DNA of 64,000 nt. Source: Amphritea sp. HPY (lineage in GTDB: Bacteria > Pseudomonadota > Gammaproteobacteria > Pseudomonadales > Balneatricaceae). Shown in pieces: positions 1-11,527 of the stretch. The notes under the pieces are model-generated. The model had not been told where the DNA came from, ran no database searches, and saw only the letters and a program-made list of their open reading frames with translations. Within the stretch, counting starts at the first letter, position 1. Each line of letters starts with the position of its first letter. Location of the stretch: positions 1,941,407 to 2,005,406 of the forward strand of contig NZ_CP194015.1 in assembly GCF_050870985.1 (NCBI RefSeq). The letters run 5' to 3'. Made by a program: the position numbers and the translations under genes.

Positions 1-1013
1 ATCATGCTTCAGTTTAATAACAGCATCCTGTAACTGCTTATGAATCTGTACCGGGTTCAGCCCCCGGGTATCGATTCCCATCGTCTCGGCGATGACTTTA
101 AATTTATCTTCCGTGGAGCGGTAGTTGTAACTGATCACATGCTCCAGCAGCATGGCATTGCACAAACCATGAGGCAGATCCAGGAAGCCTCCCAAACTAT
201 GCGACATGGCGTGCACGGCACCAAGAATTGCATTTGAGAACGCAAGTCCCGCCTTCATACTGCCCAGCATCACCTGCTCCCGCAGTTTAATATCCAGCGG
301 ATTTTTCACCAACGCGACCAGATTTTCATTGACCAACCGGATCGCGTCTAACGCATGCATATCCGTGAGCGGGCCACTGCCGGTGGAAACAAAAGCTTCA
401 ATCGCATGAACCAGTGCATCAACACCGGTGCAGGCTGTAAGAAACGGGTCCATTGTCACCGTTGTTTCCGGATCAATCAGTGAAACATCGGGTACTACCG
501 CTTTACTGACTATGGATATTTTCACTTTCTCTGCCTGATCCGAAATGATGGCAAACTGAGAAACGTCGGCGGATGTGCCTGCGGTAGTCGGAATAAAGAT
601 CAACGGCGGAATAGCCACATCGATAGTATCCACCCCTTCAAATTCAAGGATATGGCGCTTATGAGTGCTTACAATACCTATGCCCTTGGCACAATCCATC
701 GGGCTGCCGCCACCCACCGCGACGATCACATTACAACCGTGCAGGTCATAAAACTCAGCCCCTTTCATTACCTCTTCTGCGCGGGGGTTGGGTGAAACGC
801 CGGTAAAAGTCACATACTCCAGGCCCGCCATCTGCAAGCTCTGCTCAACATCTTCAACCCAGCCTGCCGCTTTCACTCCAGGATCAGAGACCAGTAGCAC
901 CTTACGGGCACCAAATGTGCGGGCAAAATTGCCTACCGTTTTACGGGCACCGGCGCCGAAAATAATTTCGGGTGATACAAATTTACGCAGGTTGCCAATA
1001 TCATCACTCATTA
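1..1013 (-). CDS. Iron-containing (group III) alcohol dehydrogenase, partial. The N-terminus is at 1013. The C-terminus lies beyond the window start.
   Basis: Reverse-strand translation starts MSDDIGNLRKFVSPEIIFGAGARKT...GGGSPMDCAKGI...AVHAMSH. It has the typical Fe-ADH GGGS and histidine motifs. It is absent from the ORF track only because there is no stop codon inside the window. Confidence 0.8.
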
Positions 1014-1130
1014 TTTAGTCCGCTTCCGGGGCTGATCTTTCGCCCCGATTTATTGTTATTGTTCTGGTTTCCAGCTGTCTCAGGGTAATTTCAAGACAAC
1101 TTAATCATTCGATTATATCAGTGTAACAGA

Positions 1131-1160
1131 CATAAAAAAGGCGACCGATGGTCGCCTTTA
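1131..1160 (-). terminator. Rho-independent terminator downstream of htpG.
   Basis: GGCGAC-loop-GTCGCC hairpin followed by a T-run on the minus strand. On the + strand this reads A-run, hairpin, TTT. Confidence 0.55.
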
Positions 1161-1213
1161 GTTATAAGCATTACTACTTAATTGCTATTCAAAACACCGT
1201 TCTTAACAGTATT

Positions 1214-3121
1214 TTAGCTGATCAGATTTACCAGCAGCTTATTCAAACGGTTTACGTAAGCGGCAGGGTCATCCAACTGACCACCCGCTGCCAGTTGCGC
1301 CTGTTCAAACACCACCAGCGCCAGCTCATTGAAACGATCTTCATCGGTTTCAAGATCCAGCTTGCTGACCAGTGGATGCTCAGGATTGATCTCGAAGATC
1401 GGCTTAGTATCAGGGACAGCCTGACCAGCCGCTTCCATGATCTTACGCATCTGCATACCCATATCGTAGGCACCCAGAACCACACAGGCCGGTGAGTCGG
1501 TCAGACGATGCGTAACACGTACTTCGCTAACCTGCTGCTCCAGACTGGTTTTCAGACGCTCGGTCAGACCTTCCATCTCTTTGGCGGTCTCTTCCTGAGC
1601 TTTCTTCTCTTCTTCGTTTTCGGTCTCACCCAGATCCAGATCACCTTTGCTGACATCCTGGAAAGACTTACCGTCAAAGTCGAACAGCTGGCTCATCAGC
1701 CACTCATCGACACGGTCAGACATCAGCAGCACTTCGATACCTTTCTTACGGAAGATCTCCAGGTGCGGGCTGTGCTTAGCCGTGTTGTAGTTCTCTGCAA
1801 CGGTATAGTAGATCTTCTCCTGACCTTCCTGCATCCGGGAAACGTAGTCTTCCAGATTTACCGACTGTTCAGAAGAATCGTTATGGGTAGAAGCAAAACG
1901 CAGCAGCTTCAGCACAGTTTCACGGTTAGCGTGGTCCTCTGCCGGGCCTTCTTTCAGAACTTCACCGAACTCGGCCCAGAATTTAGCGTACTGCTCCGGA
2001 TCTTTCTTAGCCAGTTTACCCAGCATATCCAGGGCACGTTTAGTCAACTGGGTACGCAGCTTATCTACGACTGGATCTTTCTGCAGAATTTCACGGGAAA
2101 CGTTCAGTGACAGATCATTTGTATCAACCACACCTTTAATAAAGCGCAGGTACATCGGCAGGAACTGGTCCGCTTCATCCATGATAAAGACGCGCTGCAC
2201 GTAAAGTTTCAGGCCACGGGGTGTATCACGGTTCCACAGATCATATGGTGCGTGAGCCGGGACATACAGCAAGCTGGTATATTCCAGATTACCTTCGACG
2301 CGGTTATGGCTCCACTTCATCGGATCCTGAAAGTCGTGGGACACGTGCTTGTAGAACTCTTTGTAATCATCATCGCTCAGCTCGTTCTTGGAACAGGTCC
2401 ACAGAGCTGTTGCGCTGTTGACTGTTTCATCCTCTACAGCAGCAGGCTCTTCGCCCTCTTCCGCTGGCATCGGCTGAGATTCCATGATCACAGGCAGAGA
2501 AATATGATCAGAATACTTGCGTACTAAAGTGCGCAGGCGTGAAGCATCGGCGAACTCTTCCTCACCCTCTTTCAGGTGCAATACGATGGTGGTACCACGT
2601 TGCGGCTTATCAACCGTCCCGATAGTAAACTCACCCTCGCCCTGGGAAACCCAGTGCACACCGTCAGCAACCGGGGCACCGGCTTTACGGGTAAATACTT
2701 CAACCTTATCGGCAACAATAAATGCGGAGTAAAAACCAACACCGAATTGTCCGATCAGTTGTGAATCCTGTTTCTGGTCACCGCTCAGTTCTGACAGAAA
2801 CTGGGAGGTACCGGATTTAGCAATAGTACCCAGGTGATCAACGACGTCCTGACGGTTCATACCGATACCGTTGTCAGCAATTGTTACTGTCTTGGCATTG
2901 GCATCAAAATCGATACGGATATTAAGATCGCCGTCACCTTCATACAGATCATTATTGGCCAGGGCCTCAAAACGAAGCTTATCGGCAGCATCGGAGGCAT
3001 TCGAGATCAATTCCCGCAGGAAGATCTCTTTATTGGAGTAAAGAGAATGGATCATCAGGTGAAGCAGCTGCTTCACTTCGGTTTGAAAGCCAAGCGTTTC
3101 TTGCTGAGTTTCTGTGCTCAT
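1214..3121 (-). CDS. htpG: Molecular chaperone HtpG (Hsp90).
   Basis: 635 aa. N-terminus is [45 protein letters not shown], with GHKL ATPase motifs and Hsp90 middle and C-terminal domains. Confidence 0.97.
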   Translation of the reverse strand: MSTETQQETLGFQTEVKQLLHLMIHSLYSNKEIFLRELISNASDAADKLRFEALANNDLYEGDGDLNIRIDFDANAKTVTIADNGIGMNRQDVVDHLGTIAKSGTSQFLSELSGDQKQDSQLIGQFGVGFYSAFIVADKVEVFTRKAGAPVADGVHWVSQGEGEFTIGTVDKPQRGTTIVLHLKEGEEEFADASRLRTLVRKYSDHISLPVIMESQPMPAEEGEEPAAVEDETVNSATALWTCSKNELSDDDYKEFYKHVSHDFQDPMKWSHNRVEGNLEYTSLLYVPAHAPYDLWNRDTPRGLKLYVQRVFIMDEADQFLPMYLRFIKGVVDTNDLSLNVSREILQKDPVVDKLRTQLTKRALDMLGKLAKKDPEQYAKFWAEFGEVLKEGPAEDHANRETVLKLLRFASTHNDSSEQSVNLEDYVSRMQEGQEKIYYTVAENYNTAKHSPHLEIFRKKGIEVLLMSDRVDEWLMSQLFDFDGKSFQDVSKGDLDLGETENEEEKKAQEETAKEMEGLTERLKTSLEQQVSEVRVTHRLTDSPACVVLGAYDMGMQMRKIMEAAGQAVPDTKPIFEINPEHPLVSKLDLETDEDRFNELALVVFEQAQLAAGGQLDDPAAYVNRLNKLLVNLIS

Positions 3122-3244
3122 TTATCAATTCCCAAACTAACTAATACAGAATAAATACTGCAAAAATAGATGGGGCCAGCACCTTTCTTTTCAAGGGGCT
3201 GGCGTAAAAAAATGATCTGAAACGAAGCTTTGTCGAATTAGAAC

Positions 3245-3958
3245 TCAGTCGGTCTTGCTGATCACCAGCTGACGCAAAGTAGAGGATTTAAATTCACGAC
3301 GGTAGAGAATAAAGACCACTCCGGCAGTCAGGGCCATAAACAACCAGGGATTAATAAACCAGCCCAGCACCGCCATACTGAAATAATAGGTACGCAGCCC
3401 CAGATTGAAGTTATTCGCCGCCATCGAACTCATCACAGCCAACCGGTTAGCATGAGCTTTATGTTCCTGTTCAGTTGAGCCATCTTCAGGCATCGGCGCA
3501 CCACCGATCATCACCGAGGTAAAGCCGTACTGGCGCAGACTCCAGGTAAATTTAAAGAAGGCATAGATGAACAAGCCGATCAGCAGCAATAACTTCAGCT
3601 CCCACTCCGCCTTGGTAGCATGACCGGCAAACGGGATATCGCCGACCACATCAATGACCTTCTCGGTCGAGCCCAGCACGGTCATCAGGCCCGCCAAAAT
3701 AAGCATGGTCGATGAGGCAAAAAATGAAACGCTACGTTCCAGGTTTGCAATCACCGTTGTATCAGCGATGCGCACCTCCCGGCTGAGCATATGGGTCATC
3801 CACTGCAGTCGATACTGATGCATCAGGCTGGCCAGACAGTAGGTATCCCGTGCTCGCTTACGGGTATAGGCGTTATAGCCCTTGAAACAAGCCAGAAACC
3901 AGAACATCGCCAGCAGGTTGAGCCAGTTAGTCGAGATAAAGCTGAGCAGCTGTTCCAT
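3245..3958 (-). CDS. DUF599-family integral membrane protein.
   Basis: 237 aa with several hydrophobic helices. Architecture and length resemble DUF599 proteins. Confidence 0.45.
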   Translation of the reverse strand: MEQLLSFISTNWLNLLAMFWFLACFKGYNAYTRKRARDTYCLASLMHQYRLQWMTHMLSREVRIADTTVIANLERSVSFFASSTMLILAGLMTVLGSTEKVIDVVGDIPFAGHATKAEWELKLLLLIGLFIYAFFKFTWSLRQYGFTSVMIGGAPMPEDGSTEQEHKAHANRLAVMSSMAANNFNLGLRTYYFSMAVLGWFINPWLFMALTAGVVFILYRREFKSSTLRQLVISKTD

Positions 3959-4225
3959 GTGCGATGATCCGGATAGAAAACGTTATAAGCTATTGTAATT
4001 AAATAATTCAAGTAGACAACCATGGTTCAGAGCAGCTTCTCATATAAGACCACAATTGAAACTTGAGTAACTCATTGAACGATGATCCAACAGTGCTAGA
4101 ACGTATAGCCCGTATTCAAAACACTGAGCATTTATCTGCCTCACCGGACAGATATACAAAAAAGCCCTCATTCCGAAAAATGAAGGCAAGGTTTTATCTC
4201 TACGACAATGATAAAACGAAGTACT

Positions 4226-4573
4226 TTACTTAGCAGCGGTTACCGATATTTCTACCAACAGATCGGGGCTTGCCATCGCAGCCTGTACACAAGCCCTGGC
4301 GGGGGCATGACCTTCAGGTACCCAGCTATCCCAAACAGTATTCATCTCTTTAAAATGATCCATGTTTTTAAGATAAATAGTTGCTGAAAGCATTTTTTCC
4401 GGACTGCTACCAACAGATACAAGCAGATCAGACACTTTCTCAAGCATCGTGCGGGTTTGATCCATAATATTGGCGGAGCGATCTTCAGCTACCTGGCCAC
4501 ACAGATAAATCGTATTTTCATGTACAACAACCTTACTCATACGGGCTGCTGTCTGATAACGTTCAATTGTCAT
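4226..4573 (-). CDS. ridA: RidA/YjgF family reactive enamine/imine deaminase.
   Basis: 115 aa. The chorismate-mutase-like fold signature is ...IYLCGQVA...[11 protein letters not shown]...ARACVQAA. Confidence 0.8.
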   Translation of the reverse strand: MTIERYQTAARMSKVVVHENTIYLCGQVAEDRSANIMDQTRTMLEKVSDLLVSVGSSPEKMLSATIYLKNMDHFKEMNTVWDSWVPEGHAPARACVQAAMASPDLLVEISVTAAK

Positions 4574-4598
4574 TTCAAATAATTCTCTTAATAAACTA

Positions 4599-6005
4599 TC
4601 AGTTTGAATCGGTATTACCGATCGCAGCCAATTCGCCCAGGGTTAATGGCTTAATAGGTGCGCGGATATTGTAATAACCAACCTGAGCAGGCGATGTTTT
4701 GAGCTCGCTGGCCAATAATGATGCAACGGTTGTTCCGCATTGGCGCCCCTGGCATGGCCCCATGCCTGCACGACAAAAAGCCTTGGTCTGATTAGGGCCG
4801 CGACACCCATCATTTGCCAGTCTACGAATTTCCCCGGCAGTCACCTCTTCACAGCGACAGACAATGGTTTCATCCGGCGGCGACATAAACTCTTCAGCAG
4901 GGCTATATAAACGGTCCAGAAACGGCCTGATGACTAACTGCTGCTGCAATTCCTGTATAGCCTTTTCCTGTTCAATCTCATTGCTCCCAGTACCAGCAGA
5001 TCCGGCAGCTCTTTGGCGGACGATCTCAAATACGGCCAGTTTGCCCTGCAGCTCAGCCGCAAGTGCACCACCGATTCCGGCGGAGTCACCCGCGACCAGG
5101 ATATCCGGATGGCTACTCTGTCCCCACTTATTAAGCTCAGGTTTCCAACACTTCTGTACTTCATCCCAAATATGGGCAAGACCAAGCGACCGGGTCAGCT
5201 GGGTATTAGGTATCACACCCTGATGAACTAACAGAGTGCTACAGGGAAGAGTTTGCCGATTACCTTTATGATAATAATTAACCGCCGAAAGATTGCCTGA
5301 CTCGTCCTGGTCTGCACTGAGGCCGGAAACACCACTCAACTGCTGAATCCCGGCTTTTCTTATTTCAGAAAGCATCCGCATACCCTTCAGCACAAAGCGC
5401 CAGCCCTTTAAAGCACCAAGGAATTCAGGCAAAGCCGATCGATAGTTCTTACCTGGGGTCGTATCCAGAATCGCATCAATCTTAATACCGGCCCTGATCA
5501 ACTGACATGAAATCAGTAACAGCAGAGGGCCACTGCCGGCAATGACTATTGGCCCCGGCGGCGTAAGCCCGGATGCCTTTAACAATATCTGAGCAGCTCC
5601 ACAGGTCATTACTCCAGGCAAAGTCCAGCCGGGGAAAGGAGCGGGCCTTTCCTGTGCGCCGGTCGCAATAAGCAGCTTATTAAATTCAAAGCACCGGCTT
5701 TCACCGTTAACAGATACATAGAGGATATTATCTGTAGTCACTTCCCAGACAGTTGCCCCATGCAGATAGGTGACACCAGCGCCAGAAAAAGCAGTTAATA
5801 GCTTTTCACCATAGTAATAGTCTGGCCCAAGTATCTGCCTATCTTTTAAGACGGGGCTACCGATATTGCGATAGATCTGCCCGCCCGGGCGTGGCTGTTC
5901 ATCGAGCAACAAGACCTTAAGCCCCTGCTTCGCTGCAGTGCTGGCTGCCGACATACCGGCAGGGCCTGCCCCGATAATCACTAATTCAAACTGGTTAGAT
6001 TTCAT
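4599..6005 (-). CDS. NAD(P)/FAD-dependent oxidoreductase subunit with a C-terminal BFD-like [2Fe-2S] domain. HcnB/OoxA/LhpE-like alpha subunit.
   Basis: 468 aa. N-terminal GAGPAG dinucleotide-binding motif. C-terminal [14 protein letters not shown]...[10 protein letters not shown] is a BFD-like cluster motif. Confidence 0.8.
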   Translation of the reverse strand: MKSNQFELVIIGAGPAGMSAASTAAKQGLKVLLLDEQPRPGGQIYRNIGSPVLKDRQILGPDYYYGEKLLTAFSGAGVTYLHGATVWEVTTDNILYVSVNGESRCFEFNKLLIATGAQERPAPFPGWTLPGVMTCGAAQILLKASGLTPPGPIVIAGSGPLLLLISCQLIRAGIKIDAILDTTPGKNYRSALPEFLGALKGWRFVLKGMRMLSEIRKAGIQQLSGVSGLSADQDESGNLSAVNYYHKGNRQTLPCSTLLVHQGVIPNTQLTRSLGLAHIWDEVQKCWKPELNKWGQSSHPDILVAGDSAGIGGALAAELQGKLAVFEIVRQRAAGSAGTGSNEIEQEKAIQELQQQLVIRPFLDRLYSPAEEFMSPPDETIVCRCEEVTAGEIRRLANDGCRGPNQTKAFCRAGMGPCQGRQCGTTVASLLASELKTSPAQVGYYNIRAPIKPLTLGELAAIGNTDSN

Positions 6006-6322
6006 AAATCATCACCCAATACCTGACGCGCCCCACGCTGAATATTCACGACCATTCCATCACGGACTTCAGTCATACAGGCTTGCGTATTTGGCTTGCC
6101 GTCTATTTCCATCAGGCAATCGAAACAGACGCCCATCATGCAAAAGGGAGCCCGCCCGCTGTCAGTGACCGGTGTTGTACGAGTAGGTCTGACCCCTGCC
6201 TGTAATACTGCAGCAGCCACACTTTCACCTTCTAACACTGTTATTGTCTGGCCTTCAATACAGATAGAAACCAGCCCTTTTTCACTAACAGGCAGACGAT
6301 TAAACCTGGAATCTGTCGGCAT
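6002..6322 (-). CDS. Small (2Fe-2S)-binding subunit. HcnA/OoxA-N/LhpF-like gamma subunit.
   Basis: Cys cluster CMMGVCFDCLMEIDGKPNTQAC. The ORF track starts it at 6415, which would overlap the upstream gene by 115 nt. The ATG at 6322 (MPTDSRFN...) gives a 106-aa product with a 23-nt coupling overlap instead. Confidence 0.6.
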   Translation of the reverse strand: MPTDSRFNRLPVSEKGLVSICIEGQTITVLEGESVAAAVLQAGVRPTRTTPVTDSGRAPFCMMGVCFDCLMEIDGKPNTQACMTEVRDGMVVNIQRGARQVLGDDL

Positions 6323-7430
6323 GAAATTTCTCCAAATTAAGTACCGGATCAGCATTACCCTCGGTAATCCAATCAGCGATTGGGCCTGCGTGCGCTGCTG
6401 CCAGAGTGACGCCACTATGGCAGGTCACCAGAAATGCTCCCGGGAATTCTTCTGACTGCTGGTAAACAGGGTGTCCGTCCGGAGTCATTATTCTTAAAGC
6501 CCCCCATGAACGAATCAGGCGGACATCTTTCAACAGTGGAAACATGGTCACGGCCCGGCGAGCAATATCCGCAATGACATCGGTGGTAGTGCCACTGTCA
6601 AAGCCAACATCCTCCTTTGAATCGCCGCACTGAATCGTGCCTTCAGCGGTTTGTCTTACATGTCCGGTTGGATAATCCAGGAAATGCTTCACTCGCTCGG
6701 CTATCAGCACTTGCCCACGATTAGGAAAAATGGGGGCCTCAATACCAACCATTGAAGCAAGTTTCTTATTCCCTAAACCCGCCGCTAAAACAACTTTTTC
6801 GCTAACGTAACTACCAACAGCACTGTGCAGATGAAACTGACCATTTACCGGCTGAACACGGTTGATTGCGCCGGAATTAATTAGCTTCCCACCTAAATCA
6901 GTAAACCTTTTTAATAAGGCACGCATCAGATATAACGGATTAACATGACCATCTTCCGGTCCCCAGGTGGCACCGGCCACTTCAGGACCTATTTCAGGTA
7001 CCATCTCTTTAAGCTGCTGATGATCCAACACCTCAAACGGGTAACCTTCGCTATGTTTCGCTGCCATCTGATCGAGCATTTTCGCCCGTTGTGCCAGTTC
7101 ATTCTCAGACAGGCAGATAAACAAACCGCCCTTCTGTGACAGCTGAATATTTATGCCGGTGCTGTCTTCAAGACTGGCAGCCATGTCCCCCCACAATCGT
7201 GCTGATAAACGGGTTAAATTGGCATATGCCGGGTAGCTATCCCCCTTCCCCTGCACCCATACCAGACCAAAATTGCCCCGCGATGCCCGGAAAGCGATAT
7301 CCCCCTCATCATAGATGGTGACTTGCTGCCCTTTCTCCTGGATGCCCAAAGCGACAGCCAAACCAACTAAGCCACCGCCAACAACAGCTACATCAGAACC
7401 ATTACGGCTTGTTCGAATACCCGCCGCCAT
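6300..7430 (-). CDS. FAD-dependent oxidoreductase. DadA/HcnC/OoxB/LhpB-like beta subunit.
   Basis: 376 aa. N-terminal VAVVGGGLVGLAVA Rossmann motif. DAO-family architecture. Confidence 0.8.
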   Translation of the reverse strand: MAAGIRTSRNGSDVAVVGGGLVGLAVALGIQEKGQQVTIYDEGDIAFRASRGNFGLVWVQGKGDSYPAYANLTRLSARLWGDMAASLEDSTGINIQLSQKGGLFICLSENELAQRAKMLDQMAAKHSEGYPFEVLDHQQLKEMVPEIGPEVAGATWGPEDGHVNPLYLMRALLKRFTDLGGKLINSGAINRVQPVNGQFHLHSAVGSYVSEKVVLAAGLGNKKLASMVGIEAPIFPNRGQVLIAERVKHFLDYPTGHVRQTAEGTIQCGDSKEDVGFDSGTTTDVIADIARRAVTMFPLLKDVRLIRSWGALRIMTPDGHPVYQQSEEFPGAFLVTCHSGVTLAAAHAGPIADWITEGNADPVLNLEKFHADRFQV

Positions 7431-7530
7431 CTGCTTCTCTCCAATAGTTTTGGTAAATCTTATTCTGGTAAAACTTAAAGTTTGATCAGGTAGGTCCGGT
7501 CAGGCATGTAGCCTGACCGGCAGATCGAAC

Positions 7531-8532
7531 TTATTGAGCCAGAGCGGCGTTAAGAATTTTCTCAGCCCATTCCTTACCGATATCATCGACAATTTCAGGC
7601 CATACATTCTGTTTAACTTTTTCAGCAGTCGCTGCAATCTGCTCAGGGGTTACCTCAACAATTGTTGCACCGGCGTCAGCCAGACGCTGCTCATTAGCCA
7701 CCTGATCCTTCTCAGCCGTAGCCCAACGACGGTTTTCAAAGTTAAGAGCCGCCTGAGATACAGCAGCTTGCTGCTCAGGTTTCAGATCATTGAAGCGCTC
7801 TTCATTGATCAGCAGGTACCACACTTCAAAGTGTGTATTCAGTGGCACATAGTATTTTGTCACATCGCGGAATGATGCAAAGTATCCCTCAGCACCCGAG
7901 CCTATAACACCATCAACCACACCGGTCTGAACAGCGGTAAATGCTTCTGAGAATGGTAGTGGCGAACCGATAAAACCGACATTATCTGCCAACAACTGGA
8001 ACACCTTGATCGGCGGAACACGTACTTTAGCTGACTTGCTAATAGTGGAATCAGCAGCACCATCAACTTGCTTATTCAGCGCAACACCGCCGAAATAAAC
8101 AGGCCACGCACCCAATACTTTGATGCCCTGCTGCTGGTACAAAGAAGATACGGTTTCACGCATTACAGAACCGGGGCCAAATTTACCCTTGGCATCTTCC
8201 CATCCCTGAACCATGTATGGCAACGATACGATCTGGAAACGCTTATCAACGCTGGAGGCGATTGGCTGCACTGCCATATCGACAGCACCTAGCCCTACAC
8301 GTTCCTGTACCACCGTATAATCACCCAGTGCATTTGCCGCGTACAATTTGACTCGCAACTTACCCTCTGTTGCTGCAGAAACATCTTCAGCGAACTGCTT
8401 GGCATCTATATCAATAGCGGCCCCTTGTGGACGAACGTGGGAGAGCTTAAGCGTTGCCGCTTCGGCAATTCCAACGGTGGCCAGCGACAAAGACATCGCC
8501 AGAACTAATTTTTTAGTAATTGATGTAAACAT
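7531..8532 (-). CDS. TRAP transporter substrate-binding protein, DctP family.
   Basis: 333 aa. Signal peptide followed by a DctP-like periplasmic binding fold. Confidence 0.85.
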   Translation of the reverse strand: MFTSITKKLVLAMSLSLATVGIAEAATLKLSHVRPQGAAIDIDAKQFAEDVSAATEGKLRVKLYAANALGDYTVVQERVGLGAVDMAVQPIASSVDKRFQIVSLPYMVQGWEDAKGKFGPGSVMRETVSSLYQQQGIKVLGAWPVYFGGVALNKQVDGAADSTISKSAKVRVPPIKVFQLLADNVGFIGSPLPFSEAFTAVQTGVVDGVIGSGAEGYFASFRDVTKYYVPLNTHFEVWYLLINEERFNDLKPEQQAAVSQAALNFENRRWATAEKDQVANEQRLADAGATIVEVTPEQIAATAEKVKQNVWPEIVDDIGKEWAEKILNAALAQ

Positions 8533-8582
8533 GGTTTTCCTCTTTTTGTTTTAAGACCATTACGGACTGTATTTAAACGTTT

Positions 8583-9887
8583 TTAGTAACCAAGCTTTGC
8601 CGGTATAAACTCTGAAAGTTCGGGCCAGATTAAAACCAGCACTACCACCGGCAGATAGCCAAACAGCAACAGGATCATTGCCGGCTTAATGACTTCGGTG
8701 AATTTGACATTGCCTATACGAGCACCCAGATAGAGGATGCTGGCATACGGAGGTGTCACCCCGCCCATTGCAGTGGTAACACCCATAATGGCGGCAAACT
8801 GGATAGGACTTACGCCAAGCGCGCCCATCAACGGCATCAGCAGTGGCGCAGTCAGAATGATCGCGGTGATATCATTCACCACCATGCCGATAGCGAACAG
8901 AAACAGCGTGACCAGAATCAGCAGCGTCGTTTTGTCCTGAGTAATCTCAAAAATAAACTCCACCAGCGCTTGCGGAATATCCTCCATAACGAACATCTGA
9001 CTCAGCATCAGACTAAACAGGATCATGATCAGGATGGCGCCGACTGCGGTCGCTGACTCTTTGCCCGCTTCAAGGAAGCCTTTCCAGGTAAGTCCTTTAT
9101 AGATCATGAAACCTACCGGCAGGGCATAAATCACAGCAACAGCAGCCGCCTCGGTTGGCGTCATGATGCCGCCATAGATACCACCCAGAATAATCACCGG
9201 CATTAACAAGGCAGGTGTAGCCAGTACGGTATTTGAGCCGGCCTGCTTTACCATTTCACCCATCGAGACTTGTTCATCCAACACCAACGGGAACTTACGA
9301 GCCATCACCAGATTCACAATGGCAAAATTCAGCATTATCAGAAGCCCTGGCCCCAGAGTTGCCAGAAAGCTTGCCAGAATTGAGGTCTCGGTGACCCAGC
9401 CATAAACGATCATGGTGACACTGGGTGGAATCAACAGGCCCAGAATTGAAGAGTTGGCGATCAGCGCCGTGGCATACGCCCGAGGGTAGCCTTTACGCTC
9501 CATCTCAGGAATCAACAGTGGGCCAATGGCCGCAATGCCTGTCAGGCCACTACCGGAAATTGCACCAATAATTGCACAGCTGATTGAAGCCACAACACCC
9601 AGGCCACCACGAATACGGCCGACAAAGACGTTAACAAACTTCAACAGACTTGCGGCAATACCGCTGACACTCATGATGGTGCCGGCAAATACGAATAAAG
9701 GAATAGCCAGAAGCACAGGGTTTGTTAACTGACTGAATCCCCATAGCATCATCCCCTTAAAGGTCGCTTCACCGATTAATGCCATTACCATCAAACCGGC
9801 ACCGAAGCAGTACGGCAGGGGCACCCCTAAACTAAGCAAGATCACGAGTACCGCGAATGCTAATAGCGCTATTTCAACCATCTGCAC
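8583..9887 (-). CDS. TRAP transporter large permease, DctM family.
   Basis: 434 aa polytopic membrane protein with typical DctM length and composition. Confidence 0.88.
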   Translation of the reverse strand: MQMVEIALLAFAVLVILLSLGVPLPYCFGAGLMVMALIGEATFKGMMLWGFSQLTNPVLLAIPLFVFAGTIMSVSGIAASLLKFVNVFVGRIRGGLGVVASISCAIIGAISGSGLTGIAAIGPLLIPEMERKGYPRAYATALIANSSILGLLIPPSVTMIVYGWVTETSILASFLATLGPGLLIMLNFAIVNLVMARKFPLVLDEQVSMGEMVKQAGSNTVLATPALLMPVIILGGIYGGIMTPTEAAAVAVIYALPVGFMIYKGLTWKGFLEAGKESATAVGAILIMILFSLMLSQMFVMEDIPQALVEFIFEITQDKTTLLILVTLFLFAIGMVVNDITAIILTAPLLMPLMGALGVSPIQFAAIMGVTTAMGGVTPPYASILYLGARIGNVKFTEVIKPAMILLLFGYLPVVVLVLIWPELSEFIPAKLGY

Positions 9888-10434
9888 GCACCTCTTTCTG
9901 TTCTAACATCTGAAATTCATCGAGCTCACTGGTATGGGGATGCTCATGATCTATCGGCTTATCTGCATCAGGACCTCCTTTGATCAGGAATCCAATATGC
10001 TTATACAGATGCCAGGCGACATAACCACTCATCAGCAGCAGACCAATAAACAAGGCTGACTCATAAATAATGGTTGGTAGATAAAGGGTCGGAGTCTCTT
10101 TGCCGACACGCATGGCATACTTGAAGTAGTCCCAGGCCCACCAAGTCAGCCAGACAGAGATGATCAAACTTAAGAACTCTGATATCACTAACAGAATATG
10201 ACGGGCTCTTTCCGTATCGAGAAAAATCTCAAGGACATTAGCCCTGATTTGAGTATCCTCACGTGAGGCATTTACTGCGCCAAGGATGTAAAGCCAAAGG
10301 GTCGGAATAACAGCGACCTCCTCTAATCCCATAATCGGGGTTTCAAAGACGTAACGCGTAATAACCTGAACGAATTGCAAACCAGCAACGGTGCTGATTA
10401 ATATCGCCAGTGTGTATCTGAACAACCTCTCCAT
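9874..10434 (-). CDS. TRAP transporter small permease, DctQ family.
   Basis: 186 aa with 4 TM helices. Overlaps the dctM start, consistent with translational coupling. Confidence 0.8.
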   Translation of the reverse strand: MERLFRYTLAILISTVAGLQFVQVITRYVFETPIMGLEEVAVIPTLWLYILGAVNASREDTQIRANVLEIFLDTERARHILLVISEFLSLIISVWLTWWAWDYFKYAMRVGKETPTLYLPTIIYESALFIGLLLMSGYVAWHLYKHIGFLIKGGPDADKPIDHEHPHTSELDEFQMLEQKEVRADG

Positions 10435-10600
10435 AATTATTATCTCTTTGCTGGAGCCTATTAAAAGTTGATAGTGCTGAAACGAAGTTCATCTCAGCAG
10501 GTCATGCCATGGTCACAAAACGAGCAAATAACATCAAATCGTTTGTTTTTGGCACTTGATAACATAATGTTATATAGTTTCGCCTTGAAGGAGATCTAAT

Positions 10601-11527
10601 ATGGCCAAATTGAGCTTTAGACAGGTAGAAGCATTTCGTGCGGTAATGATTGCAGGCACCACAACCGGTGCAGCTGAGATGTTGTTTATTTCACAACCTG
10701 CTGTCAGCCGCCTGTTAAGTGACTTCGAAGCATCAGTTAAGGTATCGCTGTTTGAGCGTCATAAGAAACGCCTGCTACCGACACCTGAAGCTTTAATACT
10801 TTTCGAAGAAGTTGAAAGATCATTCGTTGGCGTTGAACAGCTGGCAAGAACGGCTGAAGAACTCAGGGAATTTCATCGGGGAACACTCCGGATAGCCTGT
10901 ATGCCAACGATGGCTCAGGAGTTTCTGCCGAAGGTAGCCCATGACTTTCAGCAACAGAATAAAGGAGTTTCGATGACCCTTCAGGTCAGAAGCTCACAGC
11001 AGGTAGCCGACTGGATTGCTACCCAACACTTCGATATCGGATTGTCCGCAATAAAAGTGTCTGACCCTGCCATTAAAGTCGAGTCGCTTGCACAGACTCA
11101 GCTAGTTTGTATCTTGCCGCCCGGCCACCACCTGAAGGACAAAAGTGAAATTGTTCCTAAAGATCTTGAAGGTGAGTTATTTGTTTCACTGGGAACGGAG
11201 CAAAGCATCAGGTACAAAGTTGATGAAGTATTTGAGCAAGCGGATGTTAAAAGGCAGATGCTGTTCGATACCCAGGTTTCCCATGTGGCTTGCTCCTACG
11301 TACTGGCGGGATCAGGAGTATCTCTGGTAGACGCAGTTACGGCAATTAACTACGCCGACAGAGGCTTAATCATTAAGCCTTTTACCCCGTCGATACGCTT
11401 TAATTACAACATTATCTATCCAGCCACACGCTCAAAATCCAGGCTGGCACTGGAATTCTCAGAACTTTTGAGATCAAGACTTGCAGAGCTATCAAACAGA
11501 TCAAATGGACTACTTATCATTAAGTGA
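10601..11527 (+). CDS. LysR-family transcriptional regulator, divergent from the TRAP/oxidase operon.
   Basis: 308 aa. N-terminal HTH (FRQVEAFRAVMIAGTTTGAAEMLFISQPAVSRLLSDFE) plus a LysR substrate-binding domain. Confidence 0.9.
   Translation: MAKLSFRQVEAFRAVMIAGTTTGAAEMLFISQPAVSRLLSDFEASVKVSLFERHKKRLLPTPEALILFEEVERSFVGVEQLARTAEELREFHRGTLRIACMPTMAQEFLPKVAHDFQQQNKGVSMTLQVRSSQQVADWIATQHFDIGLSAIKVSDPAIKVESLAQTQLVCILPPGHHLKDKSEIVPKDLEGELFVSLGTEQSIRYKVDEVFEQADVKRQMLFDTQVSHVACSYVLAGSGVSLVDAVTAINYADRGLIIKPFTPSIRFNYNIIYPATRSKSRLALEFSELLRSRLAELSNRSNGLLIIK

Noticed and set aside
1252-3154. Several + strand and small - strand ORFs overlapping htpG (1148-1495, 1508-2110, 2221-2764, 2834-3154, 1252-1485)
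   Set aside because: They are antisense or alternate-frame ORFs inside a highly conserved chaperone gene. Composition is shadow-ORF-like with no RBS.
6002-6415. ORF-track boundaries for the 2Fe-2S subunit (137 aa starting at 6415)
   Set aside because: This would overlap the upstream FAD-oxidoreductase gene by 115 nt. The internal ATG at 6322 gives the typical ~106-aa small subunit with a 23-nt coupling overlap.
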